Below, piece by piece: positions 1 to 8,003 of a stretch of DNA of 64,000 nt. Both the position numbers and the translations under genes were made by a program. The stretch covers positions 112,236 to 176,235 of the forward strand of contig CP066685.1 of assembly GCA_016432345.1 (NCBI GenBank), given 5' to 3'. Origin of the DNA: Candidatus Levyibacteriota bacterium. Its GTDB lineage: Bacteria; Patescibacteriota; Microgenomatia; Levybacterales; UBA12049. Numbering within the stretch: position 1 is the first letter of the stretch; every line of letters starts with the position of its first letter. The notes beneath the pieces are model-generated. The model was not told where the DNA came from, searched no databases, and was given only the letters and a program-made list of their open reading frames with translations.

Positions 1-659
1 TCAAAGACTGTTTTATGATCTTGCGCGGCATTAATAATTCTGTAATTTTCTCCGTCGCAAAGTGCAAAAAGAGAAAATTCTTCGCCAATCATAGCCTGCT
101 CGATAAGAAATGTTTCTCCTGCCTTTCCGAATTGTGTCATGCCATCAATGGCCTTTTTGGCCTCTGCTTTTGTTTCTGCCCGAATTGCTCCTTTGCCAGA
201 GGCAAGACCAGATGCTTTTATGTAGAGCGTTTGTTCTTCGAGTTTTTCAATATATTCGTATGCTTCTTTTTGATTATTAAAAGATTTAAATTGAGGAGAA
301 GGAAGATTATACTTATTCATAAAACTTCTAGCCCAATCTTTGCTCCATTCTATTTCTGCCTGTTTTTGTGTTGGTCCAAATGTTTTTATACCAAGTTTTC
401 TAAATTTATCAACATATCCTTGTGCTAATTGTTCGTCAGTTGCTACATCAACTAGATCAACAGCTTCTTTTTTGACTAAATCGGCAATGCTTTGAAAGTC
501 ATTAACACGGATATAGGGGAAGATAAAGATTTTTTTGCTAAAAAAATCCATTAGTCCATTGCCTGGCGCAACCAATACTTTTTTCACCCGTTCGTTTTTG
601 GCATAAGCAGTGGCAAGGGCGTGTTCCCGGCCACCGGAACCGATAATTAAAACTTTCAT
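1..659 (-). CDS. purD: Phosphoribosylamine--glycine ligase (PurD), N-terminal 219 codons; 3' end lies beyond the window
   Basis: Own reverse-strand translation from ATG (complement of 657-659): MKVLIIGSGGREHALATAYAKNERVKKVLVAPGNGLMDFF... The frame stays open to position 3 (...CDGENYRIINAAQDHKTVF). It is missing from the ORF track only because there is no in-window stop. Confidence 0.85.
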   Translation of the reverse strand, partial: MKVLIIGSGGREHALATAYAKNERVKKVLVAPGNGLMDFFSKKIFIFPYIRVNDFQSIADLVKKEAVDLVDVATDEQLAQGYVDKFRKLGIKTFGPTQKQAEIEWSKDWARSFMNKYNLPSPQFKSFNNQKEAYEYIEKLEEQTLYIKASGLASGKGAIRAETKAEAKKAIDGMTQFGKAGETFLIEQAMIGEEFSLFALCDGENYRIINAAQDHKTVF

Positions 660-661
660 AT

Positions 662-1258
662 TTATCTACAAAGTTTTGTTAGTACTTCTTTGTACATTTG
701 GTTTTCTTTTTCTTTTAATCTTGTATATAACGACTCAATCGTGTCAGTAGGTAGAATTTTTTCAAAAGTGCGGGCAAGTACAGGACCAAAATCAAACTCT
801 TTTGTTAAGAGATGAATTGATGATCCAGCATAGGTATTATGATCCAAAAAATTTTGAATTGCAACTTCGGCTAGTTTTCCTTTATTCCATAAAGCATCTG
901 TTCCATCGGGATTTTTAACAACTCCGTTTATGTTGTTTGGAATAAGACCTGGATGAAGATTTAAAATTCTATTTGGATATGCATCAATAACTTGGTTTGT
1001 AACAATCTGTTTCCAGCCAGCCAAACAAATATAGTCAGGATTGAGTTTTTGCAAAAGAGGTAAAAGGTCTTCTTTTTTGGGGCAAATTTCAATAGGTAAG
1101 TTGTGTTTTTTTGCACGTTCCAAGCCTTTGGCATCTTCAGCGTCGGAGATTACCGCAGTAATGTTTGCTTTGATTTTTTCGCTTTCAACCCCATCTATAA
1201 TTGCTTGTAAATTTGTTCCGGCTCCTTTATTCGATATTAAAACAACAAGCTTTTTCAT
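662..1258 (-). CDS. purN: Phosphoribosylglycinamide formyltransferase (PurN)
   Basis: 198 aa; MKKLVVLISNKGAGTNLQAII..., NLHPGLIP formyltransferase core; lies between purD and purF. Confidence 0.85.
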   Translation of the reverse strand: MKKLVVLISNKGAGTNLQAIIDGVESEKIKANITAVISDAEDAKGLERAKKHNLPIEICPKKEDLLPLLQKLNPDYICLAGWKQIVTNQVIDAYPNRILNLHPGLIPNNINGVVKNPDGTDALWNKGKLAEVAIQNFLDHNTYAGSSIHLLTKEFDFGPVLARTFEKILPTDTIESLYTRLKEKENQMYKEVLTKLCR

Positions 1259-1485
1259 TTAAGTAGCTTTTTTATATCATTTTCGGATAAACCTGTTTGT
1301 TTGAAAATAGCTTTTAGTGTGCCTTTAGGTATGGTTCCTGGATGCATAGAAACTGATGTAGCCCGTTTTTCTTTTTGAGAATTTAATTCAAGAAAGACAT
1401 GACTTCCTTTTTTCCTTTTAACGATAAATCCAGCTTTAAGAAGGGTGCGAAGTAGTTCTTTTGGTTTTACTTGCTTTAGTATCAT
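1255..1485 (-). CDS. hicA: HicA-family mRNA interferase toxin
   Basis: 76 aa; ...LLKAGFIVKRKKGSHVFL... is the typical HicA/YcfA core. Its stop overlaps the purN ATG (ATGA). Confidence 0.75.
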   Translation of the reverse strand: MILKQVKPKELLRTLLKAGFIVKRKKGSHVFLELNSQKEKRATSVSMHPGTIPKGTLKAIFKQTGLSENDIKKLLK

Positions 1486-1757
1486 GTATACAAAAATCTA
1501 GCATGGGAAGGTGTTGGGATTTTTATAGACGTTATTACAGTCGTTTGCTCTTTTTCTACGGGTACTTTATGTCCTTCTAGGGCGAGTGATTCTATATGAA
1601 ATTTTATTAAGCTGGTAATTCTTGAGATGGCTTGATTAATTGTTTTTCCATAGTCGGCAATGCCAAGTGTTTTGCAATAAGCATTATAGACGGTTTTTCC
1701 TTTATCATCGTTTTCTTTTTCTACAACTATTCTGTAATTAAGAACCTTCTTTTCCAT
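1482..1757 (-). CDS. hicB: HicB-family antitoxin
   Basis: MEKKVLNYRIVVEKENDDKGKTVYNAYCKTLGIADYGKTINQAISRITSLIKFHIESL is a HicB N-terminal-like fold. ATG at 1757 (the track start at 1775 is a TTG). ATGA overlap with hicA. Confidence 0.65.
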   Translation of the reverse strand: MEKKVLNYRIVVEKENDDKGKTVYNAYCKTLGIADYGKTINQAISRITSLIKFHIESLALEGHKVPVEKEQTTVITSIKIPTPSHARFLYT

Positions 1758-1874
1758 ACATATATTGTAGTACAATCTTGTGTTAAAAACAAGGTAAGTT
1801 TGAGAAAATCACTTAGGAAGGTTTTGAAGGGAAAATGAAAGGTGCAAAGCTAAATTACCGAGAGGGTACTAATA

Positions 1875-2456
1875 TCATTTTGTTACTGTGATTGGTGGTG
1901 CTTTTTCTGCGGTTGCTCGTATAGTTACTTTATTGTCATCAGAAATCATTATTGAATAGCCAGTATGATAACTTTTGCAGCCTTTCGGATCTACATTATC
2001 TACAAGTGTTGAATCTCCAACTGTTGGATCTTTTGGTAGCTTTGGAAGATATTTAGGTACGAGCGCATCACAAAATGCCTCTCCTGTATATAATGTTTCT
2101 ATTTGTTTTACATAGCCAGCTCTTTCGGGTGAACCGGGAGGAAGCTTCCCCTGATTGTCATCCATGTATTGACGTACTGCAGTGAGTATTTTTCCAACAT
2201 CTTCTTGCCGTTGTAGATTATTTGTTTGTGGTGTTTTTCCAGCATTACCGAGTAAATATTGGATTAGAGGGAGGGAAATGACCAGCAATATCGGAAGAGT
2301 AAGTGAAAGAGAAATAAGAGTTTTTACCCGACTTGACCAATTTGTCCATCTATACATGAGAAAAAGTCCTACGGGAAAGACAAATAAAAGAAGAAGAACT
2401 GTTATAATTGTTTTTGTATCCTCAGAGATTTCAGTATTTGATTGTTTAGAAGCCAT
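1875..2456 (-). CDS. Two-TM membrane protein with a type IV pilin-like C-terminal domain but no prepilin leader
   Basis: After the second TM: ...NNLQRQEDVGKILTAVRQYMDDNQGKLPPG..., which matches the R-x2-D-x3-I-x2-A-x3-Y..G..P pattern found just after the N-terminal helix of type IV pilins. There is no G/FTLIE cleavage motif. Confidence 0.4.
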   Translation of the reverse strand: MASKQSNTEISEDTKTIITVLLLLFVFPVGLFLMYRWTNWSSRVKTLISLSLTLPILLVISLPLIQYLLGNAGKTPQTNNLQRQEDVGKILTAVRQYMDDNQGKLPPGSPERAGYVKQIETLYTGEAFCDALVPKYLPKLPKDPTVGDSTLVDNVDPKGCKSYHTGYSIMISDDNKVTIRATAEKAPPITVTK

Positions 2457-2473
2457 TGATAAAATTATTGCAT

Positions 2474-2480
2474 GGGGGGG
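2474..2480. repeat. G7 homopolymer (C7 on the coding strand) 18-24 nt upstream of the pilin-like gene start
   Basis: Sequence catGGGGGGGtgtc read directly. Confidence 0.9.
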
Positions 2481-2507
2481 TGTCTTGTCAATATGTATTT
2501 TTGTTTG

Positions 2508-3896
2508 TTATACCCCAAAACGAATATGTTTTGCATTATCACCAATATCAATTGGGTATTTTCCTGTAAAACAGGAAGTGCAAAACAAGCTTTCGGGTAG
2601 TTCGGTAGCTTTAATTAAAGCTTCGTATGACAAGAAATTAAGGGAATCTGCACCAACAAACTTTTCAATTTCCGAAACTGTCATATTTGCAGCGATAAGA
2701 TCCTTTTGAAATGGAGTATTGATGCCATAAAAATCCGGATATTTTACTGGTGGAGAGCTGATTAGAAGATGTACCTCTTTGGCTCCGGCATTTCTGACCA
2801 TCGAAACAATCTTTTTTGATGTTGTTCCTCGAACAATCGAATCATCAATAAGCACAACTTTTTTCCCAATAATCAGTTCTTCAATTGGATTTAATTTCAT
2901 TTGTACTCCCCGGTCGCGCAATTTTTGGTCGGGCATAATAAAGGTTCGACCAATGTAGCGATTTTTTACTAGACCAAATTCTAGTGGAATTTTTAACGCG
3001 TTTGCATAGCCGGTGGCTGCCGGGATTGAGGATTCAGGAACAGGAATTACCACATCTGCTTTGATGGGATATTCTTTGGCCAGGAGTTTTCCCAGGTTTT
3101 CTCGCATTTTATAGACACGTTTTCCAAGGAGTTTGCTGTCGGGTCTGGAAAAGTAGACAAATTCAAAAATATCAAGCTTTTGATTAGGCTTTGCTAGTAT
3201 TTGTGATTTAAGGCCTTTTTCACTAATAACTACCAATTCTCCAGGCGTAACATCTCTTAAGTTTTTTGCGCTGACTGTGTCAAGCGCGCATGTTTCTGAC
3301 GAAAAAATATACCCGCCATTTAAAGTTCCAATGGAAAGAGGTCGAATGCCATAACTGTCTCGAACCGCTGCAACTTTGTCTTTTGTCATAAAAAGCAAAG
3401 AAAATGCCCCTGTCATAAGAGGGAAGGTTTTTGCGATTGCGTTTTCCAGGGTTTCCCCATGTTTTAGATACCAACTAACTGTTGAATGGATGTGTTCGGT
3501 ATCGTTAAAACCTTCTGTATCTATGCCCTTTTCTACTAAAAAGCCTTTCAGTTTTTCAAGGCGCGGAAGGTTGCCGTTGTGCGCAGTAATAAGAATGTTG
3601 TCTTTGTCCGTTACCGGCTGGGTGTGTTGGAAGAGTGATCCGCCAGAAGTGGAGTAACGGTTATGTCCAATTGCTATATAGCCTTGGAGTTTGTGTAAAT
3701 CATCTTCTGTGTAAACCTGCGCAACCAGACCGGTGGATTTATGAGTTTTTATAGTTTTTCCGTCTCCCGTAGAAATACCAGAACTTTCTTGACCTCGGTG
3801 TTGGAGGGCATAGAGACCAAAGTAAGTCAATCTTGCTGCGTCAAGACCACGGCCATAAATACCAAATACCGCACACTTTTCGTTCAGTTTCTCCAT
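2508..3896 (-). CDS. purF: Amidophosphoribosyltransferase (PurF)
   Basis: 462 aa; short propeptide then CAVFGIYG (N-terminal nucleophile Cys), PRTase loop VVLIDDSIVRGTT, C-terminal Cys cluster CTSCFTGKYP. Confidence 0.92.
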   Translation of the reverse strand: MEKLNEKCAVFGIYGRGLDAARLTYFGLYALQHRGQESSGISTGDGKTIKTHKSTGLVAQVYTEDDLHKLQGYIAIGHNRYSTSGGSLFQHTQPVTDKDNILITAHNGNLPRLEKLKGFLVEKGIDTEGFNDTEHIHSTVSWYLKHGETLENAIAKTFPLMTGAFSLLFMTKDKVAAVRDSYGIRPLSIGTLNGGYIFSSETCALDTVSAKNLRDVTPGELVVISEKGLKSQILAKPNQKLDIFEFVYFSRPDSKLLGKRVYKMRENLGKLLAKEYPIKADVVIPVPESSIPAATGYANALKIPLEFGLVKNRYIGRTFIMPDQKLRDRGVQMKLNPIEELIIGKKVVLIDDSIVRGTTSKKIVSMVRNAGAKEVHLLISSPPVKYPDFYGINTPFQKDLIAANMTVSEIEKFVGADSLNFLSYEALIKATELPESLFCTSCFTGKYPIDIGDNAKHIRFGV

Positions 3897-3905
3897 TTTT
3901 AAAAA

Positions 3906-3940
3906 TAATTTCTAATTCTTAATTTCTAATTTCTAATCAA
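3906..3940. repeat. Heptamer tandem array, 5 units: TAATTTC TAATTCT TAATTTC TAATTTC TAATCAA
   Basis: Read directly; lies in the purF-purC spacer. Confidence 0.9.
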
Positions 3941-3952
3941 ATCCAAATGTTT

Positions 3953-4008
3953 AAAAATTAAATATTAAAAATTGAATGAAAATTAAAAATTTAAAATTGA
4001 AAATTTGT
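3953..4008. repeat. AT-rich 7-nt-phased array, 8 units: AAAAATT AAATATT AAAAATT GAATGAA AATTAAA AATTTAA AATTGAA AATTTGT
   Basis: Read directly; extends into the last codons of purC (...TNFQF*). Confidence 0.75.
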
Positions 4009-4923
4009 TAGGTTTCTCTTGATTCTTTCTTCAATATTCTCCTTTTCATCTATTAGTAATTTTTCTTCAGTTAATATTTCGTAGACATCTTGGTATCTTT
4101 TTGAAACTTGCATAATAAAATCATCCGGCATGGTTGGAGGTTCTCCGTCTCCTGTATATCCATGATCTTTAAACCAAATGCGTAAGAATTCTTTATCAAA
4201 GTTTTCTGGCTCAAGTCCTTGGGAAAAGCGTTGTTCGTAGGTATCTTTTTTCCAGAAACGGGAAGAATCTGGAGTGTGCATCTCATCAATAATTAAAACT
4301 TTTCCATCAAGCATACCAAATTCATACTTTGTATCAACCAAAATAAGACCTTTTTCTTCTGCTATTTCAGATCCCCTTTGGAAAACTCTAATTGCAGCAT
4401 CTTCTATTTGTTCCCAGACATCTTTGGCCACAATATTTCTCTCAATTATTTCTTTTCTGGTTAGTCTTTCGTCGTGCCCTGTTTCTGCTTTAGTGGTGGG
4501 AGTAATAATGGGTGTTGGGAGTTTTTGATTTTTTCGTAAACCTTCTGGAAGTTGTATGCCATAGATTGTTCTTTCTCCTTTTTGATAACTTCCCCAAATA
4601 GAAGTATTGGTAACTCCGCTTATGTATCCCCGGACAACAACTTCAATAGGTACGGGGGTAGCATTTTTTCCAATCATCACATTGGGGTCTGGGACAGAAA
4701 TCATGTGGTTGTCGATAATGTCGTTGGTTTTTGAAAACCAAAATGCAGAAAGCAGATTTAATACCTGGCCTTTGTAGGGGATGTGGCCTAAAATTCTATC
4801 GAATGCAGATATTCTATCTGTTGTGATAAGGATACGTTTGTTGTCTGCGATATACCAATCGCGAACTTTACCGCTATACTTTTTCCCAAATCCTGTTAAA
4901 TCAACAGTTTTTAAAACGTTCAT
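3991..4923 (-). CDS. purC: SAICAR synthetase (PurC), long form
   Basis: 310 aa; ...GKVRDWY...ILITTDRISAFD... SAICAR synthetase signature. Confidence 0.9.
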   Translation of the reverse strand: MNVLKTVDLTGFGKKYSGKVRDWYIADNKRILITTDRISAFDRILGHIPYKGQVLNLLSAFWFSKTNDIIDNHMISVPDPNVMIGKNATPVPIEVVVRGYISGVTNTSIWGSYQKGERTIYGIQLPEGLRKNQKLPTPIITPTTKAETGHDERLTRKEIIERNIVAKDVWEQIEDAAIRVFQRGSEIAEEKGLILVDTKYEFGMLDGKVLIIDEMHTPDSSRFWKKDTYEQRFSQGLEPENFDKEFLRIWFKDHGYTGDGEPPTMPDDFIMQVSKRYQDVYEILTEEKLLIDEKENIEERIKRNLTNFQF

Positions 4924-4941
4924 AAATGATACAATTGATAC

Positions 4942-5151
4942 ATGCGATATATTTCGCCAGTTTGGTTTAGTGTATTATCTGATTTATTTATTAATTTATC
5001 TGCAGTCTGGTTTGGTTTAGTATTCATAGAACCGCGTTTTAGCCCTGTAAGTACATTTTCAGATGTATTTTCATTGACATATAAATTTTTTCTTGCTATT
5101 CTGTCGTTGGTTATTGCAAAATATTGCAGAGAATTAGAGAGGAAATTATGA
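4942..5151 (+). CDS. Hypothetical small membrane protein (sORF-A)
   Basis: 69 aa with two hydrophobic segments. Its stop overlaps the sORF-B ATG (ATGA). Only weakly similar to sORF-B and sORF-C. Confidence 0.25.
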   Translation: MRYISPVWFSVLSDLFINLSAVWFGLVFIEPRFSPVSTFSDVFSLTYKFFLAILSLVIAKYCRELERKL

Positions 5152-5282
5152 TAGATTTTCGAAGTATTACAAATAGTATTGCGTTTTGGTATTCGTTGTT
5201 TCTGATTGTTTTTCTCCTTGTATATATTACTCTCTTTAAGAACAGGGAAAAGTATTTTAGTCGTAAGCATAGTCATAAATAA
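5148..5282 (+). CDS. Small single-TM peptide (sORF-B, 44 aa)
   Basis: Own translation: MIDFRSITNSIAFWYSLFLIVFLLVYITLFKNREKYFSRKHSHK. GAGAGG lies 8 nt upstream of the ATG. Paralogous to sORF-C. Confidence 0.45.
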   Translation: MIDFRSITNSIAFWYSLFLIVFLLVYITLFKNREKYFSRKHSHK

Positions 5283-5296
5283 TTATAGCAAAAAAT

Positions 5297-5419
5297 ATGG
5301 ATTTTACATCCCTTGCAAATAATGTTTTTGTCCAATATTTTCTCCTGTTTGTTATTGTTATTCTTATGTATATCGCATTTTGGAAGAAATCTTCTTCTCA
5401 TAAACATTCTCAAAAGTAA
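5297..5419 (+). CDS. Small single-TM peptide (sORF-C, 40 aa)
   Basis: Own translation: MDFTSLANNVFVQYFLLFVIVILMYIAFWKKSSSHKHSQK. Shares DF-S..N....Y.L.F.IV.L.YI...K..S.KHS.K with sORF-B. Confidence 0.45.
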   Translation: MDFTSLANNVFVQYFLLFVIVILMYIAFWKKSSSHKHSQK

Positions 5420-5447
5420 TGTTAGCTTTTTAGCTACGGGGAAATTA

Positions 5448-6884
5448 TTATAGAATTGTTATTCTTCCGTTTACCGCGTCTACATCTATCATATCACCAT
5501 TTTTAACAAAAGTTGTGGCGTGTTTTGTGCCGACAATGCAGGGAATGCCAAATTCTCGTGAAACAATTGCAGCATGAGATGTAATGCCGCCTTCATCGGT
5601 AACAATAGCCAAGGCCCGTCTCATGGCCGGCACATAATCCGGATGGGTAGTAACTGCTATTAAAATATTCCCAGTCTCAACATTTTTTAAATCTTTTACT
5701 CCTTTGACAATAATTGCTTTGCCTTTTACATGTCCAAGGGACGCGACTCTGCCAATTAATTCTTGATGTTTTGTCTCTTCATTTTGTAATTTAAATTGAA
5801 TAAGAGTTTTACTAACATAATCTCCTTCCAGACAAACTGTTTTTTTGTTTATGTCCAAATACATCAAAAAACCTTTTTTTCTTTGCGAAATTAAGTTTTT
5901 ATTATTTTTATTTTCTTTTGATAAAAAATCTATTATTTCTTGCTCCAAAAGATAGCTTATATCGGAAGAAGTTATCTTAAGTCTTTTTGCTATTTCGGCA
6001 AACAGGGGCAAAGCATAAAAAACTCCCTGCCTTCGGTAATCATCGCGGGCATCTTTTATGTAAACAAATCGTTTTGCCATGAGTAAATAATCAAAATCTT
6101 TTTTAGAAATTTGTAATTCTTTGGCAATTTTTTCAAATGAAATCTCATTTTTCTGCGTTACCGTTGTAAATGATTTTATATGTTCTTGAAATTCTTTTTT
6201 GGTCCACGGGCTATTATGTAAATCTAAACACGAAAGCCATTTGTATTGTTCATACAATTTTTTGAGATCTTTCCCCAAAATTTTTCCAGAATGTTTTTCG
6301 ACAATATATTGAAGTTCTAAAATTGCAGCGCGTTTTTCCGGTTTAAAAAGTGCATCATGTATATTTTGTTTTAGATTTTCTTTTTTATATTTAGTAATGT
6401 ATGAATCTATAATATTTGCTGCTTTTTCGGCAATATAATTGTTTAAAATAAAGGCGCTCCAGGCAAAATTGGAATAACGAAGTAATTTATCTTGATATTC
6501 TTTATACAATAAGGAAAGATCTTTATTTGAAAGTTTTTTTAGATTAAGACTGCCTATTTTTTTAGCGGTAGAAACATAATTTTCTCCATCCATAAAAAAT
6601 TGCTTCTCATAGCTTTCAAGATTTCTTAGATTGTTGGTATATTTTTTATTTAATCCTTCAACCAGGTTAATCCAAGATGTCTCGTCAATATAAAAGGCGG
6701 TATTTTTACCTGTTCCCGGTATAACAACTTGAATGGTTGATGTTTTTGGAAAATGGTATGAATTTTTTTCCAAAATTAAAACAGCAGCTTCGGAGTATTG
6801 CACTCCATATTCCCGCTCATAGATTTTTTTCCATGATATTTTTTTTAAATCTTTTGAAAAAATAGAATCAAGCACCTTTTTCAT
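5448..6884 (-). CDS. PEP-utilizing-enzyme family protein: C-terminal phosphohistidine swivel domain, atypical N-terminal region
   Basis: C-terminus ...AIVTDEGGITSHAAIVSREFGIPCIVGT... is the mobile His domain. The upstream helical region resembles the PpsA / rifampicin-phosphotransferase linker. ATG at 6884 (the track start is a TTG). Confidence 0.65.
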   Translation of the reverse strand: MKKVLDSIFSKDLKKISWKKIYEREYGVQYSEAAVLILEKNSYHFPKTSTIQVVIPGTGKNTAFYIDETSWINLVEGLNKKYTNNLRNLESYEKQFFMDGENYVSTAKKIGSLNLKKLSNKDLSLLYKEYQDKLLRYSNFAWSAFILNNYIAEKAANIIDSYITKYKKENLKQNIHDALFKPEKRAAILELQYIVEKHSGKILGKDLKKLYEQYKWLSCLDLHNSPWTKKEFQEHIKSFTTVTQKNEISFEKIAKELQISKKDFDYLLMAKRFVYIKDARDDYRRQGVFYALPLFAEIAKRLKITSSDISYLLEQEIIDFLSKENKNNKNLISQRKKGFLMYLDINKKTVCLEGDYVSKTLIQFKLQNEETKHQELIGRVASLGHVKGKAIIVKGVKDLKNVETGNILIAVTTHPDYVPAMRRALAIVTDEGGITSHAAIVSREFGIPCIVGTKHATTFVKNGDMIDVDAVNGRITIL

Positions 6885-6922
6885 ATTTAGCTTCCCACTT
6901 GTCAAGTGGGAACTCGAAACAT

Positions 6923-7495
6923 TTAACGAAAAACTGGCTCTGCGGGCAGTTTTAGTTCGTCTCTAACTTTTTTAATTCTATTTACATATTCTTGAAAAAT
7001 ATTTTCCGGTTTGTGCAGTTGATAAAATCCTTCTGCATTTTTATAGAGTGAGCAATCAAAAACATCGGCATCTTTGACAAGTTCGATATACGGATCATCG
7101 GTGTAGATTTCTTTTTTGCTGTGATTGGAAACAGCGTTTATGATTGTTTGTATTTCTTCGTCAGAAAATCCACCAATTTCTTTCAAGATTTTTTCGGCAA
7201 TGGGCCCGCCCAATTTTGCGTGATTTTTATATATGCCCTTAGTAATTACATAGATATCATGCAGCACGCAAGCAGTGCTGGTAAGTTCGACATTGAGTTT
7301 TCTTTTTTGGGCTAGAATTCGTCCAATTTGAGTAACTCCTGCAGCATGCATAAACTCAAAAATTTGTGAATCTTCTCTTTTTTGATCTGGTATATTTGTG
7401 GACAGGATTAGTTGTATGACTTTTCTTTCTACTTTTTCAAACCGCGTTAAGCCACTCCCTTTGTAGTGGTGAAAATCTTTAAACTTGTTTTTCAT
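6923..7495 (-). CDS. HD-domain phosphohydrolase
   Basis: ...FMHAAGV...CVLHDIY...KDADVFD... contains the H...HD...D metal-binding pattern. Confidence 0.6.
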   Translation of the reverse strand: MKNKFKDFHHYKGSGLTRFEKVERKVIQLILSTNIPDQKREDSQIFEFMHAAGVTQIGRILAQKRKLNVELTSTACVLHDIYVITKGIYKNHAKLGGPIAEKILKEIGGFSDEEIQTIINAVSNHSKKEIYTDDPYIELVKDADVFDCSLYKNAEGFYQLHKPENIFQEYVNRIKKVRDELKLPAEPVFR

Positions 7496-8003
7496 CAAGA
7501 TATTTTTTATAGCCAACTTGTTCTAATTTCTCTGCTTTTTTTTCAACTCCTTGAGCCAGGCTTTTTTTGTATGCAACAAGTTTTTCTTCAAGATTTTTAT
7601 CTGATGTGGCCAAAATTTGCACTGCTAAAAGTCCGGCATTTTTGGCATTATCAATCCCAACTGTTGCCACAGGAACTCCTGGCGGCATCTGTGCAGTTGC
7701 CAAAAACGCATCTATTCCCTCAAGCACTCCACTTTTGAGTGGTATGCCGATTACAGGAAGGGGGAAATGCGAAGCAACAACGCCTGCTAAATGAGCAGCG
7801 AGGGAGGCGCCGGCAATAATAATTTTTACACCGTTTTTGTGGGCTTTTTCAACATATTCGACTGTTTTTTGGGGAGATCTATGAGCAGAAGAGATAGTTA
7901 TTTCATAGGGGACTGCAAATTCTTCAAGTACTTTTATTGCTTCACTGATGATAGGTAAATCTGAATCAGAAGCAGCAATAATGGCAACAAGTTTATTACT
8001 CAT
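7479..8003 (-). CDS. purE: AIR carboxylase / N5-CAIR mutase (PurE)
   Basis: 174 aa; ...ITISSAHRSP...IIAGASLAAHLAGVVAS...PVIGIPL... Confidence 0.9.
   Translation of the reverse strand: MSNKLVAIIAASDSDLPIISEAIKVLEEFAVPYEITISSAHRSPQKTVEYVEKAHKNGVKIIIAGASLAAHLAGVVASHFPLPVIGIPLKSGVLEGIDAFLATAQMPPGVPVATVGIDNAKNAGLLAVQILATSDKNLEEKLVAYKKSLAQGVEKKAEKLEQVGYKKYLDEKQV

Noticed and set aside
2182-2709. 175-aa plus-strand ORF spanning the pilin-like gene start and the purF 3' end
   Set aside because: It overlaps two better-supported minus-strand genes and crosses their intergenic gap. There are no recognisable motifs.
4920-5276. 118-aa minus-strand ORF in the purC/PEP-enzyme gap
   Set aside because: Its Asn/Lys-rich composition has no motifs and it overlaps the purC start. 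The opposite strand carries two clearly paralogous small ORFs, which is stronger evidence of coding.
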